From Macrostomum lignano (Eukaryota), in contig NIVC01001638.1 in the NCBI GenBank assembly GCA_002269645.1, positions 124,001-188,000 on the forward strand: DNA of 64,000 bases, in the 5' to 3' direction. Positions 63,065 through 64,000 of the stretch are shown here, piece by piece. The position numbers were made by a program, and so were the translations under genes. Within the stretch, counting starts at the first letter, position 1. Every line of letters starts with the position of its first letter. Below the pieces are notes generated by a model. The model was not told where the DNA came from. It searched no databases and was given only the letters and a program-made list of their open reading frames with translations.

Positions 63065-63517
63065 ATGCCATCCGAAAATGAACTTCGCAAGAGATATAGG
63101 GATCATCGAAAGGAATTCGAACTCACAAAGCAAAAGATTCGAAGGTTCATGCCATTAACTATATTTGCAGATCTAGATTCTGAGAGACTAATCAATAAGC
63201 TACAAGGTTTAGATACATTCAAGTCCTTTACAGAGGAGGATAAGCTCCTGAAGGAAAATGTGTCAAAAAGAAAAAGCATGCAAGATATTGCACTATCCTA
63301 TCAAAGCCAATCTCAAGCCATGCAAGCGATTGGTGATTTGGATACTGAAGAAGATAGCCTTCCACCACCCTATGAGATCGCTGCTGACAACCGAGGCACT
63401 GCTGACAACCGAGGCACTGCTGACAACCGAGGCACTGCTGACAACCGTGGCACTGCTGACAACCGAGGCACTGCTGACACCCGAGGCACTGCTGCTTCAT
63501 CACCTAACCAAAACTAG
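63065..63517 (+). CDS. 150-aa orphan protein with a PPPY motif and (ADNRGT)6 tail, ending inside the right inverted repeat
   Basis: Intact ATG-TAG frame; six 18-bp units at 63383-63490. Confidence 0.6.
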   Translation: MPSENELRKRYRDHRKEFELTKQKIRRFMPLTIFADLDSERLINKLQGLDTFKSFTEEDKLLKENVSKRKSMQDIALSYQSQSQAMQAIGDLDTEEDSLPPPYEIAADNRGTADNRGTADNRGTADNRGTADNRGTADTRGTAASSPNQN

Positions 63518-64000
63518 ATGATTGATGACTTGTGGTGACCATGGACTAATTTGTCAATATTAATAAATTGCTCTAATGTTTTAATTTTGTTCTTCATAGG
63601 CGTTTGAGGACTTTTTGTTTCTGTTTTAATAATCACTACTTTAATATTTAAAATACAAAACCATTATTATTATTTGCATAAGTTATGCGAAGTGTAACCT
63701 AAGAACGGATTTTAAGGAGTGAAAAAATAGTATCTCCGCTGTTATCTTTTTTAAATTTTTATAATTAATTTTCATTAAAGCAATTTTGATTTACGTGAAT
63801 TAAATTTAACTTTGTGTAATGGAAGCTGTCCTTGACCAATTGTTAGAGTTCCTGCGAGAGCCTATTTGACCATACGCTTCACTCAGTGTGGGTTTCGCAC
63901 GACGTTAAAGCTGAGTCACAATATAACAATTGCTTTGAGGAGAATTTCTCATACTTTTTGTTCCATTTTTAAGATACATAATTTAGAAAAGGGTTAGTGA
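63438..64000. repeat. Right copy of the long inverted repeat (continues past the window edge)
   Basis: Reverse complement of 52885-53447. Confidence 0.95.

Larger units (their letters stand above)
52867..64000. mobile_element. ~11 kb EnSpm-containing unit bounded by >560-bp inverted repeats; right end lies just beyond the window
   Basis: 52885-53447 is the near-perfect reverse complement of ~63438-64000; candidate left terminus CCCTACCTAC at 52867. Confidence 0.7.

Noticed and set aside
1-64000. Conserved host protein-coding, tRNA or rRNA genes
   Set aside because: None recognised; every motif-bearing ORF is transposon- or virus-like.

Overview
Eukaryotic, AT-rich, almost entirely repeat-derived DNA, probably from an invertebrate animal (spliceosomal introns, microsatellites, no operons, no recognisable conserved host gene). 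Left to right: a decayed APE-RT-RNase H non-LTR retrotransposon, a BEL/Pao pol fragment, several MITEs with clear TSDs, a foldback element with a 14-bp satellite, and a ~9 kb EnSpm/CACTA-type transposon. A 24-52 kb mosaic zone then holds shattered Polinton/adintovirus-like genes (pPolB, minor capsid, adenain protease, fibre-like repeats, Prim-Pol/PriCT-2, dUTPase), a DIRS/Ngaro fragment, a Gypsy fragment and several copies of small spliced orphan genes. The window ends in an ~11 kb EnSpm-containing unit bounded by a >560-bp near-perfect inverted repeat. The least explained signals are a one-intron ~80-aa microprotein family whose first exon is reused in a chimeric gene, two further orphan families arranged as outward-facing pairs, and an in-frame DIRS-RT/pPolB fusion. 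All family assignments come from motif recognition and manual translation, not database searches.
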